Shown here piece after piece: positions 8,861-19,339 of a stretch of DNA of 64,000 nucleotides. The position numbers and the translations under genes were made by a program. The notes below the pieces were generated by a model. The model was not told the DNA's origin. It made no database searches and worked only from the letters and a program-made list of their open reading frames with translations. Position 1 is the stretch's first letter. Each line of letters starts with the position of its first letter. The stretch is from the IMG/VR virus record IMGVR_UViG_2724679537_000002, positions 5,485 through 69,484 of that record; one strand, written 5' to 3'. The DNA is from a virus (Duplodnaviria; Caudoviricetes).

Positions 8861-11800
8861 TCAGTCTCTCAGGTTGAGTTCTTGGGCGGCGCGCGGATGG
8901 TCGGCGATCAGCGCGTTCCAGGCCTGGCGGCGCACGCGCCATGCCGTCTCCTTGCGCACCCAGCGTCGGTAGCTGCCGTGCCGGGTGCCGTACTCCTTGA
9001 TGCGATCCTTCCAGGCGCGGGTATCGCCTTCGATCAGCACCATCTCGTCGGGGTCGCCGTCGTCGCTTCCCGTGGGCGCGGGCTCGCCTGCCGGCGTGCT
9101 GCCGGTGTCGTCGGGCAGTTTCTCGGCAATGGCAATCATGGCCCGGCGCTGCAGGTGGTGCGGCAAGTATGAATGGCCTTCGCCGTCGAAGTCGAACCAC
9201 GGCGCGTGCGCCTCCATGAAGGCCTCGACGTTGTGACCAATCTCGTTGCCATCCTCGCCGACCAGGGTCGCGGCGAAGGCCTCCTCGTCCAGGCCCTCGC
9301 GAATCAGTTGGCGCAGCCGATAGAGCTCGCCGGGCAGGTCGGACGCCTTGAGCTTGAGGCCGTGGGCAATGGCGTAGTCGCGCAGCGCCTCCGCCTTGGC
9401 CGGGCGGTCGCGAACCACCTCGACGTCGTTGCCGACCACGAAGTCGGACCCCTCCCAGCGCTTGATGACGGCCTTCTGCTCCTCGACGATCTTGGCTAGT
9501 ACCTCAGACCCCGCCAGCACCTCCTCGGCGCGCACCGCCAGCGGGAAGTGCGGGGCCGGCAGCGAATAGGTATAGCTCGAGTAGGCGGCCGACACGTCGG
9601 TCTCGCGGCGCGTGGCCACCGCCGGGCAGGCCGTGGAGTAGGTGTTGAGCGTTTCGCCGGCGCGCTCCGCCGCATCCTCGATGCTGGCGGCTCGGGTCAG
9701 GCACTCCTCGTACTTGGCGGACCCCGGGTAGACGATCTCGCCCACTGGCACCAGGGCATACAGCAGGGCGCGGCGCTCGCGGCCGTCTACCACGGCCGTG
9801 GCCCCTGGGCGGAAGTCGGACAGGCCTCCGCGACCGACCACGAACAGCTCGCCGTCAGCCAGTACGAAGCATTCGGCGATCACCGGCTGGTCGCCCACCA
9901 GTACGCCGTTGCCGGCCTCGAAGGCCTCGGCCACACCATCGGGCAGGCCGCCGGCTTCCTTGGCCTGGCGCTGGTAGCTCTCCACCGCCTGACGGCGCAT
10001 CTGACGCGCCATGTCGACCTCAGACTCCCACTCGTTGACCAGCTCCGACTCGTGGTCGACATCGATATCGACGGCCCCGAAGCCCAGCCGCCCCCGGCGC
10101 AAGGCCTCCACCAGGTCAGACGCACGATTCTCGCCACGCTTGGCGCGGTCCAGGAAGGTGGTCACCACCTCACGCGGGCTCAGCGGGGCATCGCCGCTGC
10201 GCTCGTTCTGGCGGGTCTGGTAGTTGTAGCTGGCTCGGTGAAAGGTCGCCGCCTCCTCGATCTGGCGTTGCAGGCCGCGCTCCTTGACCTCCAGCTCGGC
10301 CAGCAGGCCCTCGTTCTTGGCGCGGGCCGACTCGCTCATCTTGGGGCGCGACAGCCGCTTGCGGACCTTCTCGGTCTGCCCCATGGCGCTCATCAGCTGG
10401 CCCACCTTGCGCGCAATCCAGTCGCTGGCCTGCTCGTTGTCGGCCAGGAACTGATTCTGCTTGTCGATGGTGTCCAGGTTGATGCGCTGACGCTCGCGGT
10501 TGGTCGTGGCCCGGCGCTCGGCCTCCTTGGCAGCCATCGCCTCCTGAATGCGGGTCACGGCATCGGCATCGCCCACGACATCGATCAGCGCCTCCATCTG
10601 CTCGCGGCTCATGCCGCCGCTGATGGCCAGGCTGTCGCCGCCGTCAGGCTTCATCATGGCGCCAATCCAGTCCGCCTTACTGTTGACCAGGGAGCGCTTG
10701 GCGGTGTCGAAGGTGCCGTCGGCATCGTAGTGGTAGACCGTGACCTGCTCGGTCTTGTTGCCCTGGCGCACGCCGCGACCGTTGCGCTGGGTCAGGCTGT
10801 CCGGCGTCCAGCCGATGGTCAGGTGGTGGATGGCCTGCGTGCCCTTCTGCAGGTTGATGCCGACCTCCGCCTTCTCGTTGGCGATGATCACGCGGTATTT
10901 GTTGGCCTCCCCCGGCGCGTTGAAGCCATCCTGCACTTCCATGATCTCTTCTGGGCTATTGTTACGCTGCCCGGTAACAACGGCAATGGCCGATGCCGGT
11001 ACGCCAGCCCGGCGGGTTAGCAGCCGACGAATTTTGTTGTGAAGGCCCAACAGGTCGCAAAAGATGATCTGCTTGGCGTGCGGAATACGATTGCCCTCGG
11101 AGTCTACGCCGCGCGGGGTTGCCGCCTCAGTCTGGAAGTTCTCAAGCATGGCAGCCAGCTTGGGCGGCACCGAGACGTCGAGCTCGACACCGGCCTTGTC
11201 GGCCATGGCCTCGAAGCGGTCCTGCGTGTCCGAGCTTACGGTGTCGAGCACAACGGCGCCGTTCTCGATCCAGGCCTTGACCGGCATCTTGTACTGGCGG
11301 CCGACCACCTCGCGATTGGCGTCGCGGATGGTCTTCACGCTGACCGCCTCCTCCGCCGTGGCATTGGGGCCCGGGCGGGTGCGCTGCTCAGTGGGCGGCT
11401 TGGCATTCCACTGCTCCACCAGGGCGCGGGCCTGCTCCTCCTCGCCGTCGTTGATCACGTAGCGCGACACCCGGGCATCGAGGTCGGGGTCGGCGATGAG
11501 CATGGTCATCTTGTTGATCAGGTTGAACGGGTGGCCGATAAGCTCCATCGGCTCGCCGAACTTGCCGGCGATGCGCTCGAAGGCCGCCGCGTCGCCGCGA
11601 TTCTCGCCACGCTCCGCAATGGCGTCGGCGGCGTAGCGATAGGCCTGCTTGTACTCCTCCAGCTGCACCACGGTCGCATCCGGCAGCTGGATGTTGCTGG
11701 CCCGCTCCGGGGCGTCCGGCACCTTGATCTGGCTGCCGACGTCATCGGCGTTCTTGATGGTGGCCACCTGGCGCATGGCGCCGCGCAGCATCTCGACGTT

Positions 11801-14800
11801 GTTGAGCCCCTTGAACACGTTGATGGCCCGGCTCTCGCCGTCGATGGACTCGTCGTCCTCGTTCTCGATCTGGCACACGGTGTTCATGAAGCCGTCGGCG
11901 CCCGATGTGCCGATGAACATGTCGTTCACGCGGTCGTGACCCACGGCTAGAGCCATCATGGAGTAGATCTCCAGCGGGCTATTGGTGATGGGCGTGGCGG
12001 TCAGCAGCATGACGCCATCACCCCGCGCGCCGCTGCCGCCACGGATGGCCCAGGCCTTGGCCTGCGCATCGAGGCCGCGCTTGGACGCCGGCGACTGCGA
12101 CAGGTACTTGCCGCCCTTGAAGTCCACGGTGGTCGCCGAGTTCTTGAACACATGGGCCTCGTCGATCACCAGCGAATCGATGCCCATGTCTTCCAGGAAG
12201 GGGGCGGCGCCATCCTTCTTGCCCAGCACGTCGACGATGGTCGCCGCCTTGCCCTTGGCGCGCTCGTCGGCCTTGCGGTCCTCGCTCTCGGCGAAGGACT
12301 GGTCGGCGCTGCGCATGTAGGCCTCGTAGCCGGTGATGGTGTCGTCGCGCAGCCGGATCCGCTCGAAGGCCTCCATGGTCATGAAGATCTTGCTGTGGCG
12401 GTTCTCCATGACCCGTGCCAGGTCTTCATCGTAGGCCGAGGAGTCCACGCGGCCGTCGCTCAGCCCCACGTAGAGGCAGTCATCAGTGCTGGCGTAGGCC
12501 TTGGCGCTCTCCTTCTGCCAGTTGGACAGCACGGAGTTGGGCACCACGAAGACGGTCTTCTTCTTGGCGCCGATGGACTGCACGTACTGGGCGACCGCCA
12601 GCGCGGTGAAAGTCTTGCCCAGTCCCACGTCGAAGCCGTTGATGCCGGAGAAGTCGCGCGCCCGTGAGCGCACGTAGGCGTTCTGGTAGCCGTGAAGCTC
12701 GAGCTCGGGGTTCATGCCCGGGATGGCCAGCGGGCTCTCGTCCTCGGGCTGAGCGAAACGCAGCTTCTCCGGGTCGTTGGCCTGGCTCTCCAGCCTCGAT
12801 ACCACATTGGCATTGCCCCGTGCCCAGCCGTTGAACTGCTCGTTGGCCTTGTTGACCAGGGCGCGCAGCTCGCGAATGCCCTCGGCGTCGCCCATGTCCA
12901 GCTTGGTGCCGCCCAGGGTGATGGTGCCGTTCTTTAGGTAGGCGCCGATGCGGCGGATCAGCTTCTCGCGGTCGGTCAGCTGGCTGCCCGGGATGTCGAA
13001 CTCGATGCGCGGCTCGCTGGTCTTGTCGTCGAAGGTGACCACTGCCCCGGGATGCACGAAGCGACGCAGGAACTCGGCTTTCTCCTCGAGGGTGACGTAG
13101 GGGCTGAACAGGTTGAAGGAGATGCGCGACACGTCCACGCGATCAATGCGCCCGGCAGCCACCGCCTTCTGTCGCATCAGCTTGGCGCGCACCTTGTCGT
13201 TGGGCGCCGCCGCCATCTCGGCGTCGATGCGCTTCACGAACTCGCCATAGCTGCCCACGTAGTAGTCGTCGGCGCGACTCACCTGGCTGCCGTCGGCGGA
13301 CACGCACCAGTCGTCGTCGGCGAACGGGTCGAAGCCATCGCCCAGCACGGTGCGCGCCTGCTCCAGGCTGACCCAGCTTGATTGATTCTCGTACAGCAAG
13401 CCCTCGAAGCCGTGCTCGGCACTCACCTGTACTGCGGGCGCCTCCTGCACGTCGCCACGCCACAGCGCGCTGTAGCCGGCCTTGCGCTGGTAGTGGGCGG
13501 CCAGCTCGCCCAGGCCGCGACGCAACTCGCCGTCCACGCCCTTAACCCGCCGCGCGGCGGCTGCCTGGCGCTTCATTGCTTCGGAGAGCTTGGCGTAGCC
13601 GGACAGGAAGTCGGTCCCGCTACCCCGCCCGTTCTCGTCCAGCACCTGAGACACGGCCAGGCCTACCAGGCCGGGCGCCCACGCGCGGGCGCGGGCATCG
13701 TCGTCGGGCAGCTTGTCCAGGGTGGCCAGCGCCGACGCCAGCCAGCCCGGCATGTCCAGGGTCTGGGAGGTGTCGCGCATGTACTGACGCAGGGTCAGCG
13801 CATCGTCATAGCCCATGCCGGCGTCGAAGGCGGTGTAGGCGTCCTTGAACCGCCCCAGCAGCTCGGCGCCGCGCACGTCGCGGCTACCAGCCTCCAGTGG
13901 CACCCACTGGCCGTCCTGCATCTGCAGGGTCTGGCCGGCCTGAGTCAGGGTGTCGCCCTCGTGGTAGATGATGGGCTGGGTTTCGGCGGCTTCCAGCAGC
14001 GTCCAGTCGACACGACTTCCCGGCAGGCGACGAATCAGCTTGGCCACTTCGGGGATGCTGGCCGGATTCTTGACGCGATCGACGTCACGGAACTTCTCGG
14101 GATCCTTGGGCACGAACTCGCCGAGCACGAAGCGCTTTCCTTCGCCCTTGAAGTAGCGCCCCTCGACGAACTCGCTCCACATGACCTTGGCCTCGGCCAG
14201 GGTCTCGGGCGCCTGTTCGTGCAGCTCCTCGATCTTCTCGGCGGCGTCGCGGCCGTACTTGCGGAAGAAGATAATGTCGGTGATCGTGTCCGCGTCGGCG
14301 GCGCCGAACACGCTGTTGGGCAGCCGGTAGGCGCCCAGGAATTCGGCCTTCAGGCTGGCCCGCTGGCGTAACTTGACCTCGGCACCGCCCCGGCCCGATA
14401 CGCAGCGCGGCGGCACCACGAAGGCCGCCAGACCGCCAGGCTTCAACTTGTCCAGGGAGCGCAGGATGAAGTAGGCCTCCAGGGTCTCCTTCTGGTACTT
14501 GGGGTCCAGGTTCTGGTTGCCGCCACGGTCGGCCACGGTGCCGAACGGCACGTTGGTCACCACCGCGTCATAGCTCTCGTCAGGCGTGGCGGCCGCCACG
14601 GCCTCGAAGGGCGATACCGTGGCCGTGTAGCCGGGCCCGGCATTGACCAGGGCATTGATGGTGCCCGACGTCTCGTCGAGCTCCACGGCATCCACGGCGG
14701 CATGGCGCGGCGCCGTGGCGCCGATCACGCCGGTACCGGCCGCCGGGTCGAGAATCTTGCCGCCGCTGAAGCCCATCGCGCCCAGGGCGTCCCAGATGCC

Positions 14801-15307
14801 CTCGGCAATCGGCTTGGGCGTGTAATACTCGTAGGCCGACCCCTTCTTGCCGTCGGCGCCGACCAGGGCTCCGCCGTTGCCGGAGTAGCCGGCCAGTACG
14901 GCGCGATCCTCGTCGGTCAGCTCCTCGCGGGAGACCTCGCCGGACTGGATGCGGGCCAGCAGCCCGACGGCGGCATTGTTGGCCTTCTGGCGTTGCCCCT
15001 TGGTGCGCTTCTCGTCGTGGCTGTACAGTCCCGCCGTGGGCTGTCGCGGCGCCTCGACGGGCTCCGGCGGGTCGCGCTCGGCCTTCATCGCCTTGCCCGG
15101 GTCGGCGGCCAGGGTGGCCGCCTTGAGCTCGGTGCGAATCTCATTGGCCCGCTTCACCAGCGTCAGGCGCTGCGCCATGGCGGCGATGCCTTGCGGCAGG
15201 GCGATCAGCTCCTTGCGCACGCGACCAAGCTCGGACACCAGCTTGAGCCGGGCCATCATCGCCTGAGCGCCGCCACCGGCAGAGGCATCGTCGTAGATAG
15301 GTTTCAT
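8861..15307 (-). CDS. DarB-like antirestriction protein (N6-adenine MTase plus SF2 helicase)
   Basis: 2148 aa; EYYTP, ILDPAAGTG, NVPF (MTase); VGLGKT, DEAH, TATP, QRNGRGVRQGN (helicase). Confidence 0.9.
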   Translation of the reverse strand: MKPIYDDASAGGGAQAMMARLKLVSELGRVRKELIALPQGIAAMAQRLTLVKRANEIRTELKAATLAADPGKAMKAERDPPEPVEAPRQPTAGLYSHDEKRTKGQRQKANNAAVGLLARIQSGEVSREELTDEDRAVLAGYSGNGGALVGADGKKGSAYEYYTPKPIAEGIWDALGAMGFSGGKILDPAAGTGVIGATAPRHAAVDAVELDETSGTINALVNAGPGYTATVSPFEAVAAATPDESYDAVVTNVPFGTVADRGGNQNLDPKYQKETLEAYFILRSLDKLKPGGLAAFVVPPRCVSGRGGAEVKLRQRASLKAEFLGAYRLPNSVFGAADADTITDIIFFRKYGRDAAEKIEELHEQAPETLAEAKVMWSEFVEGRYFKGEGKRFVLGEFVPKDPEKFRDVDRVKNPASIPEVAKLIRRLPGSRVDWTLLEAAETQPIIYHEGDTLTQAGQTLQMQDGQWVPLEAGSRDVRGAELLGRFKDAYTAFDAGMGYDDALTLRQYMRDTSQTLDMPGWLASALATLDKLPDDDARARAWAPGLVGLAVSQVLDENGRGSGTDFLSGYAKLSEAMKRQAAAARRVKGVDGELRRGLGELAAHYQRKAGYSALWRGDVQEAPAVQVSAEHGFEGLLYENQSSWVSLEQARTVLGDGFDPFADDDWCVSADGSQVSRADDYYVGSYGEFVKRIDAEMAAAPNDKVRAKLMRQKAVAAGRIDRVDVSRISFNLFSPYVTLEEKAEFLRRFVHPGAVVTFDDKTSEPRIEFDIPGSQLTDREKLIRRIGAYLKNGTITLGGTKLDMGDAEGIRELRALVNKANEQFNGWARGNANVVSRLESQANDPEKLRFAQPEDESPLAIPGMNPELELHGYQNAYVRSRARDFSGINGFDVGLGKTFTALAVAQYVQSIGAKKKTVFVVPNSVLSNWQKESAKAYASTDDCLYVGLSDGRVDSSAYDEDLARVMENRHSKIFMTMEAFERIRLRDDTITGYEAYMRSADQSFAESEDRKADERAKGKAATIVDVLGKKDGAAPFLEDMGIDSLVIDEAHVFKNSATTVDFKGGKYLSQSPASKRGLDAQAKAWAIRGGSGARGDGVMLLTATPITNSPLEIYSMMALAVGHDRVNDMFIGTSGADGFMNTVCQIENEDDESIDGESRAINVFKGLNNVEMLRGAMRQVATIKNADDVGSQIKVPDAPERASNIQLPDATVVQLEEYKQAYRYAADAIAERGENRGDAAAFERIAGKFGEPMELIGHPFNLINKMTMLIADPDLDARVSRYVINDGEEEQARALVEQWNAKPPTEQRTRPGPNATAEEAVSVKTIRDANREVVGRQYKMPVKAWIENGAVVLDTVSSDTQDRFEAMADKAGVELDVSVPPKLAAMLENFQTEAATPRGVDSEGNRIPHAKQIIFCDLLGLHNKIRRLLTRRAGVPASAIAVVTGQRNNSPEEIMEVQDGFNAPGEANKYRVIIANEKAEVGINLQKGTQAIHHLTIGWTPDSLTQRNGRGVRQGNKTEQVTVYHYDADGTFDTAKRSLVNSKADWIGAMMKPDGGDSLAISGGMSREQMEALIDVVGDADAVTRIQEAMAAKEAERRATTNRERQRINLDTIDKQNQFLADNEQASDWIARKVGQLMSAMGQTEKVRKRLSRPKMSESARAKNEGLLAELEVKERGLQRQIEEAATFHRASYNYQTRQNERSGDAPLSPREVVTTFLDRAKRGENRASDLVEALRRGRLGFGAVDIDVDHESELVNEWESEVDMARQMRRQAVESYQRQAKEAGGLPDGVAEAFEAGNGVLVGDQPVIAECFVLADGELFVVGRGGLSDFRPGATAVVDGRERRALLYALVPVGEIVYPGSAKYEECLTRAASIEDAAERAGETLNTYSTACPAVATRRETDVSAAYSSYTYSLPAPHFPLAVRAEEVLAGSEVLAKIVEEQKAVIKRWEGSDFVVGNDVEVVRDRPAKAEALRDYAIAHGLKLKASDLPGELYRLRQLIREGLDEEAFAATLVGEDGNEIGHNVEAFMEAHAPWFDFDGEGHSYLPHHLQRRAMIAIAEKLPDDTGSTPAGEPAPTGSDDGDPDEMVLIEGDTRAWKDRIKEYGTRHGSYRRWVRKETAWRVRRQAWNALIADHPRAAQELNLRD

Positions 15308-15319
15308 CCTTGGGTCTCC

Positions 15320-18300
15320 TTACAGGTCTTCGGTGGCGGACAACATGGCGCGCTCATAGGCGGCACCCGCGCGTTCGATCAGGTCTTCCATCTCGGCGTC
15401 GCCGGACTGGCGCTCCATGACGGCCAGGATCCGGTCGGCCAGGTCCGGGGACAGCATGTCGGGCACCGTGCCGTCGATCACGGATTGCAGGAACTGGCGG
15501 TCGTTACGGCGCATGGCCTCCTCCTCGTTGTCGGCGGGCGCAGGCGGCTCGGCGCCCGGCGCCGGGTCGGCGGCGGGCTTGCCCTCGGCGGCGCTCGGCA
15601 GCCAGGCTTTGAGCTCGTCGACGCTCATCTCCTGCGTGCTGCCCAGGCCATCCCAGCCGGCGCGGTAACTGGACAGGTAGCCCTGCTCGGCAGCCTCCTT
15701 GGTGGCGAAGCCCAGCATCACCTTGTGCTCGTCCAGCTCGCCGTCCTTGCCCACCTGATTGATGACGAACACGCGCTCGCTCTCCAGGTCGGGGCCGATG
15801 AACACGTCCACCTCGTCGCCATCGGCGCCCTTGGTGCCCTTGATGTAGCCGTAGTCGTGGGCCATCGATACCGACCACTCTTCGCCTTCCTGCGTGGTGC
15901 CCGAGCGCTCGCTGCCCTTGGGGTTCTCGATGGCCACCGTCAGGCCGAGAATCTCAACCTCGCCCTTGGCGTAGTCGCCGCTTTCCTTCTCCGCCTCGGT
16001 CGGCTCGGTATCGGTGGCCTGGCGAGCCTGCTCGATGTCGTCCTCGCTTGGCTGTCCATCACCGGCGGGCGCTTCGTCCGGGGGTGCGCTGAACATGTCC
16101 AGCGACTCGATGGCGTAACTGCCCTCGCCGTACTCCTTCTCCAGCTCCCGGTTGGCGGCGTCGATGATCTGCTCGAGACTGGCCTGCTGGCCCTCGCCGA
16201 ACATGTCCACGGTCTGGCCGCGCTCGGCTTCCTGGCGCACGAACGCCGCCATGGCCTTGAAGGCCAGCCCCAGGCGCTTGGCGCTGCGGTTGTTCTGATT
16301 GATGAACAGGGCCATGGCAGAGGTGGCCGGCGGAATATCGCCGAACAGCCCCATCTGATTGACCACCTCCTCGACGCTCGACCCGTCCGCCTTGGCGCGG
16401 CGCACCAGGTTGGTGGCGTCGATGATGGCCTGCACCGCCTGCTCGTTCAGCGATACCTCGACGCTATCCACCAGCTGATTGGTCAGCGCGTCAGTACCGG
16501 CCTGGTCGGCGGCCTGTGCCCGAATGAACTCCGGAGCGGCCACGTTGAGGGCGTTGACCACGTTGGCCACTTCCGGCTTGCTGGCGTCGGCGGTCATCTC
16601 CAGCAGGCGGTCGTCGTTGTACGCCTTGGCGAAGATGGCGGCCTGAATGCGCGCCACCAGCGCCCCGGTGGGATTACCGTCACTGGTCATGTACTGGGCG
16701 GCCTCGGTGTCGCCCAAGGACTGCAGGAAGCCCATGATGAAGTCGCGGTTGGACGCCGCCAGCAGGTTGCCGTCATCGGCCAGCTTGGCGACCAGGGCCT
16801 CGTCCAGCCGGTCGGCATCGGCGCGAGCCTTCTCGGTACCGGTCATGCTCAGCTTGTCGTCCTGGTTGGCCTCGACGGCGAACTCCCGGCGGTCCAGCGC
16901 GGACGTGCGCACACGCACGAGCACGGGCGCCTTCATGGCGCGCACGCGGGCGGCATCCAGGTTGTAGTGGTGAGCCTCCTCGATCAGCCATTCGCGGTAC
17001 TCGTCGGCGCTGCCGCTGCGGTACGCCTCCTGAATGGCCATGGTGCGACCGTTGCCGGACTCCACGACGCGGTCCGGGCCCACGATGGGCGCCCCGGTGT
17101 CGGCGCGACGGGTGCGCCCCAAGCTGTCAGGATCCAGCTGGCGGGCGGTCTTCTTGACCCAGGCGATGGACGCATCGCGCCCGCGATCACGCGGCTGAAG
17201 CTCGGTCGGGAAGGCAGGGTTGGGGTCGCCGTTGATGTCATGCGAGGCGATCAGCTCCTCGGCCTCGACCACGGTGAAGCCGGTCTGCACCTCAGTACCC
17301 TTGGCGGTCTTCACCACGTTCTCGGCGCCCTCGGGCTCGAGCTCGCCGTCGGCATTGACGCCGGTCGGCGTGTCCTTGCCGGTGGGCTCGGCGGGCGGCT
17401 CGCCCGCGCGGCTGACGACCCCCAGGTCGATGAGCTCCGCCAGCTCCTTGGGCGTATGCTCCAGGGAGTCGCTCATAAAGAAGCCGGGGACGCCGGATAG
17501 CGTGTAACTCACGCCCACCGCGTTGCCGCCGGCGCCCACCTGCTCGGTATTCACCACCAGCGTGGCACCTCCTTTCGACAGGTCGCCGTAGGGCTCGCCG
17601 TCCCAGCCCAATTCGCGCAAGGCGTTGCGAACCTCAATGACGCGACCCTGGAAGAAGCTGTCGAGCTGGTCCCGGTAGCGCTCCTTGGCCTCATCGCCGG
17701 CCGCGATGATGCGCGCGAAGTCGTCAGCGGTCTGCGGATTTTGAGGGAGGGCGCCGGGTGCATCGGCGGCATCCGGGAAGCCCTCGACCTCCTGCTCCGA
17801 GCCGCCTTCTCCGCCTTCGCTCACCGCCTGGCTCAGCGGCTTGGGCTCGAAGTGCAGGTCGAGTTCCACGCCGGCATCGGTCAGCTCGTCGACGCCGATG
17901 TAGCCAAGCTCAGGGGAGCCCTGCCCGGGGTCGGCCCAGCCGAAGGCCTGCTCGGTGCCATCGCCCTTGGCGTCCTTCTCGGTGATGTACCAGTCGCCTC
18001 CGCCGCGAAAATAGTGCAGATAGGCGGTGGCCTCCATGCCCTTGCCGTCCTGCTCGTAGCTCTTGGCCATGCCGTCGATGATGCTGGCCAGCGCCTGCGC
18101 ACGATCGATATAGGCGGCCCCTTCCTCGCCCTTGCGAATGACGTCGGCCATCGCCCGGTACTGCTGACGGGAGAGCCACGGGCGCAGCTCGTCCAGCAGG
18201 TCAAGGCCTTCCTGCTTGGTCAGCGGCTTGGGCGTGTTCAGCGCCTTGTCCTCGGCTTCAATGCGGGCAATCTCGATCTGCCGGGTCAGGCCGTCGAGTT

Positions 18301-18919
18301 CGGTTTCCAGCTCGCCGATTTCGCCCTTCAGGGACTCGATGTACGCCAGGCGCTCGGCACGCTTCTGGTTCATGCGCGCGAAGGTCTTGGAGTTCTTCTC
18401 GGCCAGCTTCATGATGCGCCTCGCCACCTGACGAATCGGCAGGTCGCTGCCGCGTTCCGGAGCCACCACGATGGTGATGTCCTTCTTGTTGAGCATCCAC
18501 TTCCAGCTAATGAGCTCATCGGTGGGCTTCAGCGACTTGGCGGTACCGGCGTCGGGGTTGTGGAACATGACGGTCACGGTCTGGCCGTCGCTCAGCTCGA
18601 AGATGGCGGCGACATTGACCACGCCCTGGCGCTTGAAGGGGCTGGACACCTGCGAGGCCACGACTTCCAGCTCGCCGCCGCCGGCCGACATGACGCGCTC
18701 CAGGCTGCGCACCTTGCGCCCCAGGCTGGATTGTGTGGCAACCAGGGCGTCCAGTTCGAAGATGGCCTCAGCCTCCTCCAGGATGTCGTCGAGCGTCACG
18801 CTGTCGAAGATCAGGCCGTCGTCGGCGTCGGAGCGTCGGATGCGGTACAGCAGTTGGTCCAGCGACATGCCCACCGGCATGGCGCTACTGTCGTTCCACA
18901 GAACAGGAGGTGCAGACAT
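15320..18919 (-). CDS. DarA-like polyvalent head protein (DarA-N, DUF2958-like, DdrB/ParB-like and pyrophosphatase-like domains)
   Basis: 1199 aa; FELSDGQTVTVMFHNPD...WKWMLNKKDIT; YLHYF..GDWYITE; QPRDR...GAPIV...VESGNGR; IENPKGSERSG...YGYIKGTKGADGDEVDVF. Confidence 0.8.
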   Translation of the reverse strand: MSAPPVLWNDSSAMPVGMSLDQLLYRIRRSDADDGLIFDSVTLDDILEEAEAIFELDALVATQSSLGRKVRSLERVMSAGGGELEVVASQVSSPFKRQGVVNVAAIFELSDGQTVTVMFHNPDAGTAKSLKPTDELISWKWMLNKKDITIVVAPERGSDLPIRQVARRIMKLAEKNSKTFARMNQKRAERLAYIESLKGEIGELETELDGLTRQIEIARIEAEDKALNTPKPLTKQEGLDLLDELRPWLSRQQYRAMADVIRKGEEGAAYIDRAQALASIIDGMAKSYEQDGKGMEATAYLHYFRGGGDWYITEKDAKGDGTEQAFGWADPGQGSPELGYIGVDELTDAGVELDLHFEPKPLSQAVSEGGEGGSEQEVEGFPDAADAPGALPQNPQTADDFARIIAAGDEAKERYRDQLDSFFQGRVIEVRNALRELGWDGEPYGDLSKGGATLVVNTEQVGAGGNAVGVSYTLSGVPGFFMSDSLEHTPKELAELIDLGVVSRAGEPPAEPTGKDTPTGVNADGELEPEGAENVVKTAKGTEVQTGFTVVEAEELIASHDINGDPNPAFPTELQPRDRGRDASIAWVKKTARQLDPDSLGRTRRADTGAPIVGPDRVVESGNGRTMAIQEAYRSGSADEYREWLIEEAHHYNLDAARVRAMKAPVLVRVRTSALDRREFAVEANQDDKLSMTGTEKARADADRLDEALVAKLADDGNLLAASNRDFIMGFLQSLGDTEAAQYMTSDGNPTGALVARIQAAIFAKAYNDDRLLEMTADASKPEVANVVNALNVAAPEFIRAQAADQAGTDALTNQLVDSVEVSLNEQAVQAIIDATNLVRRAKADGSSVEEVVNQMGLFGDIPPATSAMALFINQNNRSAKRLGLAFKAMAAFVRQEAERGQTVDMFGEGQQASLEQIIDAANRELEKEYGEGSYAIESLDMFSAPPDEAPAGDGQPSEDDIEQARQATDTEPTEAEKESGDYAKGEVEILGLTVAIENPKGSERSGTTQEGEEWSVSMAHDYGYIKGTKGADGDEVDVFIGPDLESERVFVINQVGKDGELDEHKVMLGFATKEAAEQGYLSSYRAGWDGLGSTQEMSVDELKAWLPSAAEGKPAADPAPGAEPPAPADNEEEAMRRNDRQFLQSVIDGTVPDMLSPDLADRILAVMERQSGDAEMEDLIERAGAAYERAMLSATEDL

Positions 18920-18972
18920 AGCAAGGCCCCTTGATGGGTTGAACAGGGCGCCGATGGGCGCGCTATAGGGCC

Positions 18973-19013
18973 ATGCTATGGGAGGGAGTGAGGCGAGCCG
19001 GGTCGGCTTTTCC
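18973..19013 (-). promoter_or_regulatory. Putative late promoter GGAAAA-N29-TAGCAT
   Basis: Upstream of darA-like gene. Confidence 0.7.
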
Positions 19014-19039
19014 TGGCCGTGACGGGCTCCATGGCGGGC

Positions 19040-19330
19040 CTAGCCGCCGGCAAACACGTCACCGGAGCCGGCCGCCACGGCAGATCCACAGTCCACGGGG
19101 TCGCCGACGCGCCCCAGGGGTCTGCCGTTGACGTTGACGCTCCCCGACCCGGCAGCCAGTGCGCCGCCATGACAGACCGGCACGTCGTTGCAGTGCGTGG
19201 CCCAGCCGTCGCCCACGCGGTGGGCCGGGATGCCGTTGACCATGACGTCGGAGCTTCCGCTCGTGCTGTTGCGCGGCGGGAACGACCCGTGACCGGTGCA
19301 GCTGTCGCCTTGTCTCGTGACCGCTGGCAT
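19040..19330 (-). CDS. PAAR-domain spike tip protein
   Basis: 96 aa; PAVTRQGD, NGIPAHRVGD, NGRPLGRVGD repeats with Cys/His ligands. Confidence 0.95.
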   Translation of the reverse strand: MPAVTRQGDSCTGHGSFPPRNSTSGSSDVMVNGIPAHRVGDGWATHCNDVPVCHGGALAAGSGSVNVNGRPLGRVGDPVDCGSAVAAGSGDVFAGG

Positions 19331-19339
19331 AGAGCCTCC

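Noticed and set aside
14702-17500. Long plus-strand ORFs opposite structural genes (e.g. 14702-17500, 26034-27785, 9548-11020)
   Set aside because: Antisense shadows typical of high-GC coding DNA; no motifs or RBS.
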